NCBI GenBank assembly: GCA_030765185.1
Contig: JAVCDE010000024.1
Location: forward strand, 42,975-106,974
Reading direction: 5' to 3'
Length of the DNA stretch: 64,000 bases
Source: Candidatus Aceula meridiana
Lineage (GTDB): Bacteria; Omnitrophota; Gorgyraeia; Zapsychrales; Aceulaceae
Shown in pieces: positions 11,766 to 20,912 of this stretch. The position numbers and the translations under genes were made by a program. The notes under the pieces were generated by a model. The model saw nothing but the letters and a program-made list of their open reading frames with translations, was not told where the DNA came from and made no database searches. Every line of letters begins with the position of its first letter. The first letter of the stretch is position 1.

Positions 11766-13000
11766 TAGTCAAACCTCCTTAAAACCATGCAGGTATTGCC
11801 TCCGCTTGGCGCCGTAATAATAACCAAAACATTTTTAATCTTGGCCTCACGTGCTTTGTTCGGAACACAATCTAAATCACAATCAGAATCTTTTTCTCTG
11901 TAATTAATCGTCGGCGGAATAAATCCTTCCTTTAAAGCAGCTAAAGCTGCCGAGGCTGCAAACGCACCGGAAACAGAAAAGCATTCGCCTGTCATAGACT
12001 TAGGAGCACTGACAGGAATTTTGTTCGCGTGATCTTTAAAAATTTCTTTAATGGCAAAAGTTTCAACTTTATCTGCCTGAGGCGTAGAGTTGGCATTCGC
12101 ACAAATATAATCAATGTCTTCAGGATTAATTCCGGCATCATCTAGCGCAAATTGGATAGCTCTCTTAAGCCCCTTTGCTTTTGGATTATATTTATTAATG
12201 CGATATGGGTCAAAGCTCGTACCAAATCCTAAAACTTCACCCAAAATATTTGCATTTCGATTCTTCGCATGCTCGTAATTTTCCATTGCCAAAAGACAAG
12301 AACCTTCGCCAAACATAATGCCGTTTCGCCTTTTATCAAATGGGCAATTAATGAAGGAATCTCCCTCTTTGGAGCCTGACAAAAACTTTAAAACATGAAA
12401 GCCTAAAAATGTCTGTGGACACATCTCTTCTACTCCGCCGGCATAAACAAGTTTCACGCGGTCGAACTGAATAAAATCATAGGCATACTTCATGGCGTCA
12501 ATGCTTGCCGTAAATCCCGTTGAAATTGTTGTATTAAATCCTTTAATATTATGCCAAATAGAAACCTGACTTGCAGGAGAATTGATAACTGTATTTGGAA
12601 AGAGTGCAGGATTTGTATATCGTGGTCCATCCTCAAGAGTAACCTGATGAAACTCTGCAATGCTACGAACACTGCCAAGCGTGGTTCCAACAGAAACGCC
12701 AATATCGTCGGTATTTTCCTCTGTAATAGTAACTCCGCTATCTTCGATTGCCAACTTTGCTGCGGATACTAAAAGCTTGGTGCTGCGGTCTAAGGACCTT
12801 AAACCCTTTTGCCCCATATACTGTTTGGCATCAAAATCTGTAATCTCGCCGGCCTTCTTAACATTAAATTCATCCGCATCAAAAAGCGTAACATCTTTAG
12901 CTCCGCTTTTGCCGTCTTTTAAGGCCTGCCAATGTTCTTGGCGACCAAGGCCGATGCTTGATAAAATTCCTAATCCTGTAATAACAACGCGTTTTTTCAT
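11765..13000 (-). CDS. Beta-ketoacyl synthase-like protein lacking the catalytic triad (chain-length-factor-like)
   Basis: FabF-fold motifs (RVVITGLG, PFDKRRNG..FGEG, IPPTIN) but STGFTAS, ANANST and TGECFS where FabF has TAC, AHGTST and TGHL. Confidence 0.85.
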   Translation of the reverse strand: MKKRVVITGLGILSSIGLGRQEHWQALKDGKSGAKDVTLFDADEFNVKKAGEITDFDAKQYMGQKGLRSLDRSTKLLVSAAKLAIEDSGVTITEENTDDIGVSVGTTLGSVRSIAEFHQVTLEDGPRYTNPALFPNTVINSPASQVSIWHNIKGFNTTISTGFTASIDAMKYAYDFIQFDRVKLVYAGGVEEMCPQTFLGFHVLKFLSGSKEGDSFINCPFDKRRNGIMFGEGSCLLAMENYEHAKNRNANILGEVLGFGTSFDPYRINKYNPKAKGLKRAIQFALDDAGINPEDIDYICANANSTPQADKVETFAIKEIFKDHANKIPVSAPKSMTGECFSVSGAFAASAALAALKEGFIPPTINYREKDSDCDLDCVPNKAREAKIKNVLVIITAPSGGNTCMVLRRFD

Positions 13001-13581
13001 TTTCGATTAAAAAGTATGTACTTGGCTAAAATATCGGTTTCAATATTAATTTTATCCCCTTTTTTCTTTACGCCTAAAGTTGTAACTTTAAGCGTGTGAG
13101 GAATAATATAGACAGAGAAAACATTTCCTTGAACTTCGCCCAAAGTCAAACTAATGCCGTCAATACAAACAGAACACTTTGGAGCAAGATAACGTGTAAA
13201 TTCCTTAGGAATGGCAACAACATATTTTTCATAATTCTCAAGAGAAACACGCTTTTGAAGAATACCTACACAATCAATGTGACCAGAAACAAAATGGCCA
13301 CCCAAGCGGTCATTAACACGCAAAGCACCCTCAAGGTTAACTGCGTCAGAAACTTTTCGCATTCCAAGCGTTGTCTTATCCATGGTTTCTTTCATGACAT
13401 CAAAAGTAACCACACGCCCTTTTTTCTTAACCATGGTTAAACAAACCCCATCTACAGAAATACTGTCACCAATGCCAATACCTTTTAAAACTTTCTTGGC
13501 CTCAATAGAAATGACAATAAGATTCTTTTTATTTACAATCTTTTTAATAATTCCTTTTTCTTCAACAATTCCCGAAAACAT
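12997..13581 (-). CDS. ribE: Riboflavin synthase alpha chain
   Basis: MFSGIVEE, SISVDGVCLT, LGGHFVSGHID, NIETDILAKY. Confidence 0.95.
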   Translation of the reverse strand: MFSGIVEEKGIIKKIVNKKNLIVISIEAKKVLKGIGIGDSISVDGVCLTMVKKKGRVVTFDVMKETMDKTTLGMRKVSDAVNLEGALRVNDRLGGHFVSGHIDCVGILQKRVSLENYEKYVVAIPKEFTRYLAPKCSVCIDGISLTLGEVQGNVFSVYIIPHTLKVTTLGVKKKGDKINIETDILAKYILFNRK

Positions 13582-13599
13582 CTCTTTCCTTTTCTTTTC

Positions 13600-14706
13600 T
13601 TAAGCGATGTATCCCTCGATAAGAAAATCTTTTGCCAAAGGATAAATCTGTATTCTTTCTAATGAAATCGCCTTATTAACATTTTGAGTGCCAAGGCCAT
13701 CAATGGCGCTTAAAGCGCTCTGATCTCCTATAATTTTAGGAGCCACAAAAATCCATATCTTATCAGCAAGCTTTTGCGCTAAAACACTTCCAATAACTTT
13801 TGCTCCGCCTTCAACTAAAAGACTTAAAATTTCTTTCTGTGCTAATTTCTTAAAAAGTACTTTTAAGTCTACTTGTCCATTTTTTGATGGGCAGACTAAA
13901 ACACAAGCACCTTTTTTAACCAGTTTATTTAACTTCTGACTACTGGCCTTCTTTGTTGTCGCAACAATAATATCTGAAGCCTTAGTATTTTTATATAAAT
14001 TGCCCCTTAAAGGAATCTTAAGGGTCGAATCAACAATAATCTTTTTAAGACGCTTAGCTTGACTTTTTGCATTTAGATACGGATTATCTTTTAAAACCGT
14101 ATTGATTCCAACTAAAATCGCATCAAAATCATCACGAAGTTTATGAGAAATATCCCTAGTTCCACTGGAAGTAATCCACCTCGAGTGTCCCTGGGCGGTT
14201 GCAATCTTTCCATCCAGCGTCTGAGCACATTTTACCACAACAAAAGGCATTTTTTTAGCAATATGCTTAAAAAATGGCTCATTAATTTTTTCAAGATCTT
14301 CTTTAAGGCATCCAACTTTAACTTTAATTCCAGCACGCCTTAATTTCAAAATTGATTTACCATTATTAACCGGATTAGGATCTTTCGTACCAACAATAAC
14401 CTCACGAATACTATTTGCAATAATACTATCTACACAAGGCGGTGTACGCCCAAAATGCCCACACGGCTCAAGAGTTACATAAAGCGTCGCACCGCGAGCT
14501 TCCATCCCTGCTTGTTTTAAAGCAACGCTTTCAGCGTGAGCCACGCCACAACGACGATGATATCCTTGTCCAACAATTTTATTATTCTTAACGACAACTG
14601 CTCCGACCAAAGGATTCGGCGATGTTTTACCCTTAGCTTTTAAAGCTAGCTCTAAAGCTAGATACATAAATTGAGAATCTTGCGTTGATATCTTTGTCTT
14701 ATCCAT
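13600..14706 (-). CDS. ribD: Bifunctional pyrimidine deaminase/reductase RibD
   Basis: PNPLVGAV, HAE, TLEPCGHFGRTPPC, TLDGKIA, LVEGG. Confidence 0.96.
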   Translation of the reverse strand: MDKTKISTQDSQFMYLALELALKAKGKTSPNPLVGAVVVKNNKIVGQGYHRRCGVAHAESVALKQAGMEARGATLYVTLEPCGHFGRTPPCVDSIIANSIREVIVGTKDPNPVNNGKSILKLRRAGIKVKVGCLKEDLEKINEPFFKHIAKKMPFVVVKCAQTLDGKIATAQGHSRWITSSGTRDISHKLRDDFDAILVGINTVLKDNPYLNAKSQAKRLKKIIVDSTLKIPLRGNLYKNTKASDIIVATTKKASSQKLNKLVKKGACVLVCPSKNGQVDLKVLFKKLAQKEILSLLVEGGAKVIGSVLAQKLADKIWIFVAPKIIGDQSALSAIDGLGTQNVNKAISLERIQIYPLAKDFLIEGYIA

Positions 14707-15520
14707 GAGAAGCTTGTCTTAATTGCTCAACAGCACTATAAGGCGCTTTCGCCTTGCCAATAAAAGTATTTGGTTTTCCCTCTCCATGAGCATCAGAACC
14801 ACCTGTGGCGATAAGATCATGCTTTTTAACTAATCCCTCATAATATTTCTCAACCGATTTCGGACAATTCGGATAATAAACCTCAAGTCCTTTGAGGCCA
14901 GCTTTTACCAAGCTAGGAATAAGTTCATCACGCTTTGTGACCATCGGATGTGCTAAAACAGCAACGCCACCAGCTTTTTGAATAAGCTCAATCGCTTCAT
15001 AAGGAGTTTGCTTGTATTTCTTAACATAGGCAGGTGCGCCTTCGGCTAAATACTTATTAAAAGCCTGCTGAAGCGAACTAACCCATCCCTTTTCCTCTAA
15101 AATCATAGCAAGGTGTGGACGACCCACAGAATCGGATTTGTTAAGCGCACAAACCTCTTCAATCGTAATATTATCAATGCCAAATTCTTTTAATTTTTCA
15201 ATCATTTCTTCTATGCGCTTGATGCGAACGTCTTGTATTTCCCTAAGCTTTACTTTAAAAATTTCGTTCTTACAATCCATAAAATAACCTAAGACATGAA
15301 TATCCTGATTGTTTAATTCCGAAGACAATTCAATCGCGGGAATAACTTCAAGGTCATGGAAAGCGGCAACCTTTTGAACAGGGACAACTCCGTCGACAGT
15401 ATCGTGATCCGCAATTGCGATACAGCTTAAACCCTGATCAACAGCTTTTAAAACAATTTGCTCAGGGGATAACGTACTGTCAGAATAATTTGTATGAATA
15501 TGAAGGTCAGCGAATTTCAT
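14699..15520 (-). CDS. PHP-domain phosphoesterase (YciV/TrpH-like)
   Basis: DLHIHT..SD, DHD, GRPH, LAHP, GGSDAHG. Confidence 0.88.
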   Translation of the reverse strand: MKFADLHIHTNYSDSTLSPEQIVLKAVDQGLSCIAIADHDTVDGVVPVQKVAAFHDLEVIPAIELSSELNNQDIHVLGYFMDCKNEIFKVKLREIQDVRIKRIEEMIEKLKEFGIDNITIEEVCALNKSDSVGRPHLAMILEEKGWVSSLQQAFNKYLAEGAPAYVKKYKQTPYEAIELIQKAGGVAVLAHPMVTKRDELIPSLVKAGLKGLEVYYPNCPKSVEKYYEGLVKKHDLIATGGSDAHGEGKPNTFIGKAKAPYSAVEQLRQASHG

Positions 15521-15952
15521 TTACGAAGGTTTCTCATGCGAAGGCTCTTTAGACTTAAGAGCCTTGTCAAGAATGCCATTTACAAACTTCCCAGATTCTA
15601 CATCGCCAAAACGCTTTGCAAGTTCAATAGCCTCGTTGATTGTTACCTTTGAAGGAATGTCCTCCATATAAAGCAACTCAAGGATACCAAGTCTTAAGAC
15701 GTTACGGTCGATGACTGCCATTCTATCTAAATGCCAATTAGAAGCGTATTGTGTAATTTTTTGATCTATTTCGGTTAAATTTTTTTCAACGCCAGAAAGA
15801 AGAATTCTTACGAATTCGAAGATTTCTTGAGAATCCTCAATATCAACAGAAGCCAAAAACTCTTCAGACAAAGAATGAATAGACTCTTTGCGGATATCCG
15901 CCTGATAGAGTATTTTTAAAACTAATTCTCGTGCAATGGTTCGTTTGCGCAT
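15521..15952 (-). CDS. nusB: Transcription antitermination factor NusB
   Basis: RTIARE, DRNVLR, INEAIELAKRFG, FVNGILD. Confidence 0.96.
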   Translation of the reverse strand: MRKRTIARELVLKILYQADIRKESIHSLSEEFLASVDIEDSQEIFEFVRILLSGVEKNLTEIDQKITQYASNWHLDRMAVIDRNVLRLGILELLYMEDIPSKVTINEAIELAKRFGDVESGKFVNGILDKALKSKEPSHEKPS

Positions 15953-15987
15953 ATTACCAAATTTTTGCTAAATCAAAGAACTTGATT

Positions 15988-16452
15988 TTAAATCTTGTTA
16001 AGAGCCTCTACCATGTCTAAGGCTGCTTCAGCAGCCTCTTGACCCTTATTATTTCCCTTTAATTTTGAACGCGCCTCGGCTTGCCGGACAGTCTCTGTTG
16101 TTAAGACGCCAAGAACAACCGGTTTTCCTGTTGAAAGAGCGACTTGCTGAATGCCATCACAAGCCCCACGTGCAACAAAATCAAAATGAGCTGTCTCACC
16201 TCTAATAACACATCCCAAACAAGCGACGGCAGCAATATTCTTCTTTTTGGCTAACTTAAGGGCCACCAACGGAATCTCCCAAGCACCAGGAACCCAAACA
16301 ACAATTACGTCTGAATCTTTCACGCCTTGACGGGAAAATTCTTTAAGGCAGCCGGTCAAAAGATTTTTTGTAATAAAATCATTAAAGCGAGAAACAACAA
16401 CCGCGAACTTTTTTCCTTTAGCCCTTGAAGTTTTCTTAATTATTTTTTTCAT
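15988..16452 (-). CDS. ribH: 6,7-dimethyl-8-ribityllumazine synthase
   Basis: SRFNDFIT, VPGAWEIP, LGCVIRGETAHFD, NKG. Confidence 0.96.
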   Translation of the reverse strand: MKKIIKKTSRAKGKKFAVVVSRFNDFITKNLLTGCLKEFSRQGVKDSDVIVVWVPGAWEIPLVALKLAKKKNIAAVACLGCVIRGETAHFDFVARGACDGIQQVALSTGKPVVLGVLTTETVRQAEARSKLKGNNKGQEAAEAALDMVEALNKI

Positions 16453-16453
16453 A

Positions 16454-17668
16454 TTAAAACTTTAAAGATTCTAGAAAGTGTCCTAGTTTTTCTTTTTTCG
16501 TTTTTAGATAACTTTTATTTTTTTCATTATGCTGAATAACAATCGGCACACGCTCAACAACCTTAAGACCGTACCCTTCTAATCCAACAATCTTTTTAGG
16601 ATTATTCGTTAAAAGTCTAATTTCCTTAACGCCAAGATCAACTAAAATCTGAGCACCAATACCATAGTCACGTAAATCAGCGCCAAAACCAAGCGCCTCA
16701 TTAGCTTCAACAGTATCCATGCCATTATCTTGAAGATGATAAGCCTTAATTTTATTCATAAGCCCTATGCCGCGTCCTTCTTGGCGCATATAAAGAATGA
16801 TGCCAGATTTATTTTTCTTAATCTCATCCATAGCCGCATTAAGCTGTTCCTGACAATCACAACGCCTAGAACCAAAAACATCCCCTGTTAAACATTCAGA
16901 CTGTACGCGGACTAAAACAGGTTCTTCCCCATCAACCTCTCCCATAACAAGCGCCAAATGCGTTACCTTATCCACTAAAGACTCATAACCAACCATATTA
17001 AAATCCCCATGGACAGTGGGAAGGCTTGCTTCACCAGATTTTACAATAAGCTTCTCAGTCTTACGCCGATATTCAATAAGGCTATCAATAGTGCAAATTT
17101 TTAAATCATGCTCTTTAGCAAACCCGACTAAATCCTCAGTACGAGCCATAGTGCCGTCATCTTTCATAATCTCACAAATGACGCCTGCAGGATAAAGTCC
17201 ACAAAGATTCATTAAATCAATTGTCGCCTCAGTGTGTCCAGCTCTTACAAGAGTGCCACCTTCTCGTGCTCGCAAAGGAAAAAGATGTCCTGGGCGAATA
17301 AGATCTTTCGGCTTTGTTCCTGAATCAATCAACAACCTAACAGTTTCAGCGCGATCTCCTGCAGAAATACCGGTAGTCGAATTCTTCGCCGCATCCACAG
17401 AAATAGCCCATCCAGTGTTGCCCTCATCATGCCATTCGCTAGAAGAGTCTACCATAGGTTGAAGCTTAAGCTCATCAAGCCTTTCCCCTTCCATAGGCAT
17501 ACAAATAAGCCCGCTAGCTTCCTTAGCCATAAATTTAATATGCTCCGGCGTAGTAAACTCAGCAGCAACAAGTAAATCGCCCTCATTTTCACGACTTTCA
17601 TCATCAATAACAATAACGATTTTACCCGCCTTCAAATCTCCAAGGATTTCTTCAATTGTATTAACCAT
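16454..17668 (-). CDS. ribBA: Bifunctional DHBP synthase / GTP cyclohydrolase II
   Basis: [51 protein letters not shown]. Confidence 0.96.
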   Translation of the reverse strand: MVNTIEEILGDLKAGKIVIVIDDESRENEGDLLVAAEFTTPEHIKFMAKEASGLICMPMEGERLDELKLQPMVDSSSEWHDEGNTGWAISVDAAKNSTTGISAGDRAETVRLLIDSGTKPKDLIRPGHLFPLRAREGGTLVRAGHTEATIDLMNLCGLYPAGVICEIMKDDGTMARTEDLVGFAKEHDLKICTIDSLIEYRRKTEKLIVKSGEASLPTVHGDFNMVGYESLVDKVTHLALVMGEVDGEEPVLVRVQSECLTGDVFGSRRCDCQEQLNAAMDEIKKNKSGIILYMRQEGRGIGLMNKIKAYHLQDNGMDTVEANEALGFGADLRDYGIGAQILVDLGVKEIRLLTNNPKKIVGLEGYGLKVVERVPIVIQHNEKNKSYLKTKKEKLGHFLESLKF

Positions 17669-17762
17669 TTTTCCGTCCTTTAATATTAATATAAATATTT
17701 TTTATTATATACAAGACACCGAATTATACGACTTTTACACATAAAATTCAAGATGTTTCATG

Positions 17763-17791
17763 TTGTCATTTGCCAATCGTTTTCATATAAT
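17763..17791 (+). promoter_or_regulatory. Sigma70 promoter, probably giving a leaderless cinA mRNA
   Basis: TTGTCA-17 nt-TATAAT, then 6 nt and ATG at 17798; no SD. Confidence 0.65.
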
Positions 17792-17797
17792 AGAAAT

Positions 17798-18262
17798 ATG
17801 AAAATAGAGCAAGTTGTTGCTAAAAAACTTATTCTTGGCCAAAAGACATTGACCTTGGCGGAGTCGTGCACCGGTGGCCTTATTGGTCATCGCCTAACAA
17901 GTATTTCTGGAAGTTCTCAATTTCTAAAAATTGGAATTGTTACGTATTCAAACGAAGCAAAAATTAAATTTCTAAAAGTCCCTCCTGCGACAATAAAAAA
18001 ATACGGGGCCGTAAGCGCGCAAACAGCCAAGGCTATGGCACGCGGAGCTCTTAACTTACTGAAAACTAATTATGCGCTTAGCGTTACCGGCATTGCCGGC
18101 CCGACAGGGGCAACAAAAGCAAAGCCTCTTGGTTTAACCTATATGGCTACCGCGTGCAAAGAAAAGACAATAGTAAGAAAATTTATTCTTAAAGGAACTC
18201 GTCGGCAAATAAAAGTACAAGCCTCAGAAAAAGCTCTTTCGCTGCTTAAAAAACTAATCTAA
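17798..18262 (+). CDS. pncC: CinA C-terminal domain / NMN amidohydrolase PncC
   Basis: AESCTGG, SGSS, YSNEAK, GAVS..TA.AMA, SVTGIAGPTG. Confidence 0.88.
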   Translation: MKIEQVVAKKLILGQKTLTLAESCTGGLIGHRLTSISGSSQFLKIGIVTYSNEAKIKFLKVPPATIKKYGAVSAQTAKAMARGALNLLKTNYALSVTGIAGPTGATKAKPLGLTYMATACKEKTIVRKFILKGTRRQIKVQASEKALSLLKKLI

Positions 18263-18840
18263 TGAGCGAAAAATCTATCCGCGCATTTATCGCGATTTCT
18301 CTCTCCAAAAAAAAATTCAAACGTTTATCAAAAATATTCAGACAAATTTAAGAAATGCGAACACCGATATTAAGTGGGCGCACCGCACAACGCCCACCCA
18401 ACACTAAAATTCCTAGGTCATGTGCCAATTAAAAAAATTGGACTATTGGAAATACTTTAAGAATTGTTGCTAAAGAATTTACTATATTTTCTTTAGAAAC
18501 TGATGCGATCGGAAGCTTTCCATTTAAAAACAACCCCCGCGTTATTTGGCTAGGACTTAAAAAAGGCAAGGATGCTGTTAAACCCCTTGCATCACCAATC
18601 GAAACCGAACTTAAACCTTTGGGTTTTAAAAAAGAGAAAGAAACATTCTTTGCCCATATCACATTAGGACGAGTAAGGTCTAACCGCAACATTGCAGAGC
18701 TTTCGAATGCGATTACGAATCATGGAGCAACAAGCTACCCCAGCCAAAAGGTTTCAAAAATTGTGCTCTATCAAAGTCAGCTTGCTTCCTCCGGCCCTAT
18801 TCGCACTAAAGTTAATGCTTTTTCGCTATATGAAAGATAA
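18262..18840 (+). pseudogene. thpR: RNA 2',3'-cyclic phosphodiesterase ThpR (LigT) with three frameshifts
   Basis: Pieces in successive frames: MSEKSIRAFIAISL / IQTNLRNANTDIKWA / PHNAHPTLKFLG / GSFP..NPRVIWLG..FAHITLGR..LYQSQL; apparent 1-nt losses near 18307-18315 (A9), ~18382 and ~18440. Confidence 0.85.
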
Positions 18841-19046
18841 TGACTTATAAGTGAATATATGATACTATATGTAACAATATGTATGTTTATGTCTTATAGT
18901 GATACTATAGGTGTCATAAGTAAGTATCGGTAAGTTTAAGTATATCTATATGTGTAATATTTTGAAGAATTTATCTGAAAAGTAACTATAGGTAAGTATG
19001 AGTAAGTATTATAAAAAAGTAAATTTAAACAACTACAGTAAGTCTC
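18840..19046. repeat. Degenerate ~10-bp direct-repeat array (approx. nGTAAsTATA)
   Basis: Units at 18850, 18860, 18870, 18880, 18890, 18899, 18910, 18919, 18929, 18939, then 18981, 18991, 19001, 19018, 19037. Confidence 0.6.
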
Positions 19047-19055
19047 AATGAAGAA

Positions 19056-19835
19056 CTATCGTCGTGAACGTATCTTTGCTAAAAATCTTAAGATTTCAAA
19101 ATAAAGCCAAATCAATGTCACCATCAAACCAAAGGCAGCATACCATTCCATATATCTTGGAAGTCCACGTTCTGACCCTTTTTCAATAAAGTCAAAATCT
19201 AAAATAAGGTTCAAAGCCGCAATTGCAATAACAACAAGACTAAATCCTATGCCAAGAGGTGTTGCTTCGTGAATTAAGGGAATACGTGCGCCAAAAAAAC
19301 TCATAACAAAACTTAAAAAATAAATTAAGGCAATCCCTCCTGTTGCGGCAACAACCCCTAAACGAAACTTATTTGTGACTTTAATAATACCAGTTTTATA
19401 AATCATCAAAAGCGCAAAAAGTGTCCCGAATGTTAAAGAAATAGCTTGAACAACAATGCCAGGATACTGTAGCTCAAAAATTGCGGATATAATTCCTAAA
19501 ACAAAGCCTTCACATAGTGCATAAAGCGGTGCTGTAAACATTGACCATTCTTTTTTAAAAATTGTAATTAAAGCCAAAATAAATGCACCAATGCCAAATC
19601 CTATAGCCATTGGATAAAAATTACTCGGTAAAGACGTCTGCCCTGTTTGGTTGAAGCTGTAAGCGATCGATTGCATAACCTGATTCCAGGCCCAATAAGC
19701 TGGCATCATAACAAGAAATAATAAAGTTAACGTTCTATTGACGCTCCCTTGAATGGTCATGGCTTCCGATTCTGCAACACGACCTATCTTTGAAAGAGCA
19801 GCCGAATTCATGGCAGGGTTTGACGATCTCATCAT
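19056..19835 (-). CDS. Bax inhibitor-1/YccA family membrane protein
   Basis: MRSSNPA start, multiple TM helices, LNLILDFDFIE, EWYAAFGLMVTLIWLY.EILR. Confidence 0.88.
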   Translation of the reverse strand: MMRSSNPAMNSAALSKIGRVAESEAMTIQGSVNRTLTLLFLVMMPAYWAWNQVMQSIAYSFNQTGQTSLPSNFYPMAIGFGIGAFILALITIFKKEWSMFTAPLYALCEGFVLGIISAIFELQYPGIVVQAISLTFGTLFALLMIYKTGIIKVTNKFRLGVVAATGGIALIYFLSFVMSFFGARIPLIHEATPLGIGFSLVVIAIAALNLILDFDFIEKGSERGLPRYMEWYAAFGLMVTLIWLYFEILRFLAKIRSRR

Positions 19836-19856
19836 TTTTCGATCCTCCTTTTTATT

Positions 19857-20309
19857 TTATACAAAATTAATAACTCTTATAGCAATATGCATGATGATAT
19901 TCGCATAAATTCCAGCGGCAACATCGTCAAGCATGATGCCAGCGCTTCCCTTCTTCTTTTCGAAAAAATTAGCAGGATAAATCTTAAACATATCAAATGC
20001 ACGAAAAAGAAAAAATGCCGTAATCCATACAGAAAACTTTTCCGGCAACATAAAAAATGCAATCATAATACCTGAGACTTCATCGATAACAACGCATCCA
20101 GGGTCTTTGCATCCAAGAATCTTTTCCATTTTACCCGAAGTTAAAAATCCGAAAAATGTCACGGCTGCCCAGGCTAAAATATAAAATCCGATGCTATCAG
20201 ACAAGCTAATCGCAATCAACGCTCCGGCAATACTGGCCATACTTCCTGGCATCACCGGGATATAACCGATAAAAAAGAAAGTTGTTATAATTTTAACAAA
20301 ATAATTCAT
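19857..20309 (-). CDS. pgpA: Phosphatidylglycerophosphatase A
   Basis: PGSMAS, KDPGCVVIDEV.G, FRAFDMFK, MLDDVAAG. Confidence 0.93.
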   Translation of the reverse strand: MNYFVKIITTFFFIGYIPVMPGSMASIAGALIAISLSDSIGFYILAWAAVTFFGFLTSGKMEKILGCKDPGCVVIDEVSGIMIAFFMLPEKFSVWITAFFLFRAFDMFKIYPANFFEKKKGSAGIMLDDVAAGIYANIIMHIAIRVINFV

Positions 20310-20312
20310 CTT

Positions 20313-20891
20313 TTATTGTGTTTTAATAAGTTTTCGGTTGCTAATAATAAACGATGCCCCAGAAATAAGCGCTAATAAAACTGCCATCATCATAGCGGCA
20401 TCAATGCCTATTTTCCACCAAATTTCAACTTCTTTTGACCACCCGGACAACGCAATGGCCGAATGCTTGAAAATAATAAACCCAAGGATAACAAAAATCG
20501 CAACAATCTGAGAAACCGTTTTGTGCTTTCCGGCCTTTGCCGCAGCTAAAACAACTTTCTTCCTTAAAGCAAAAAGCCTCAAGCCCGTCACAAGAATTTC
20601 TCTTCCCAATATAAGAATAACCATCCAATCTTCGACGATATTCATGCGCAAGAACGCTAAAAAAGCAGCTAGGATAAGAAATTTATCTGCGATAGGATCT
20701 AAAAGCTTTCCGAAATCTGTTACTAGATGATATTCTCGGGCAAGGTATCCATCATAATAATCTGTTATGGCCGCCAAAGCAAAAACAACGGTGGCAGAAA
20801 TTACGGCCCAAAGTGCTGGCTGACGTATCAAGACAAGAAAAATAAGAGTCAAAATGATTCGAGAAATTGTTAATTTGTTAGGTAAATTCAA
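20313..20891 (-). CDS. pgsA: CDP-DAG--glycerol-3-phosphate 3-phosphatidyltransferase
   Basis: NLPNKLTISR, TDYYDGYLAR, FGKLLDPIADK, GK.KT..Q. Confidence 0.95.
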   Translation of the reverse strand: MNLPNKLTISRIILTLIFLVLIRQPALWAVISATVVFALAAITDYYDGYLAREYHLVTDFGKLLDPIADKFLILAAFLAFLRMNIVEDWMVILILGREILVTGLRLFALRKKVVLAAAKAGKHKTVSQIVAIFVILGFIIFKHSAIALSGWSKEVEIWWKIGIDAAMMMAVLLALISGASFIISNRKLIKTQ

Positions 20892-20912
20892 TTTTTATCC
20901 TTTAAAAAAGAA

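Noticed and set aside
17669-17797. FMN riboswitch upstream of the riboflavin operon
   Set aside because: The gap is only ~130 bp, very AT-rich, shared with the divergent cinA promoter, and lacks RFN consensus blocks
18858-18918. TGATACTATA half-sites resembling the Rrf2 operator at 48376
   Set aside because: No matching second half at the same spacing and no promoter to control; probably part of the repeat array
18840-19046. Possible CRISPR array, dif site or oriC
   Set aside because: No repeat-spacer structure, no XerC/XerD arm pattern (ATAA-N6-TTATG) and no TTATCCACA DnaA boxes seen
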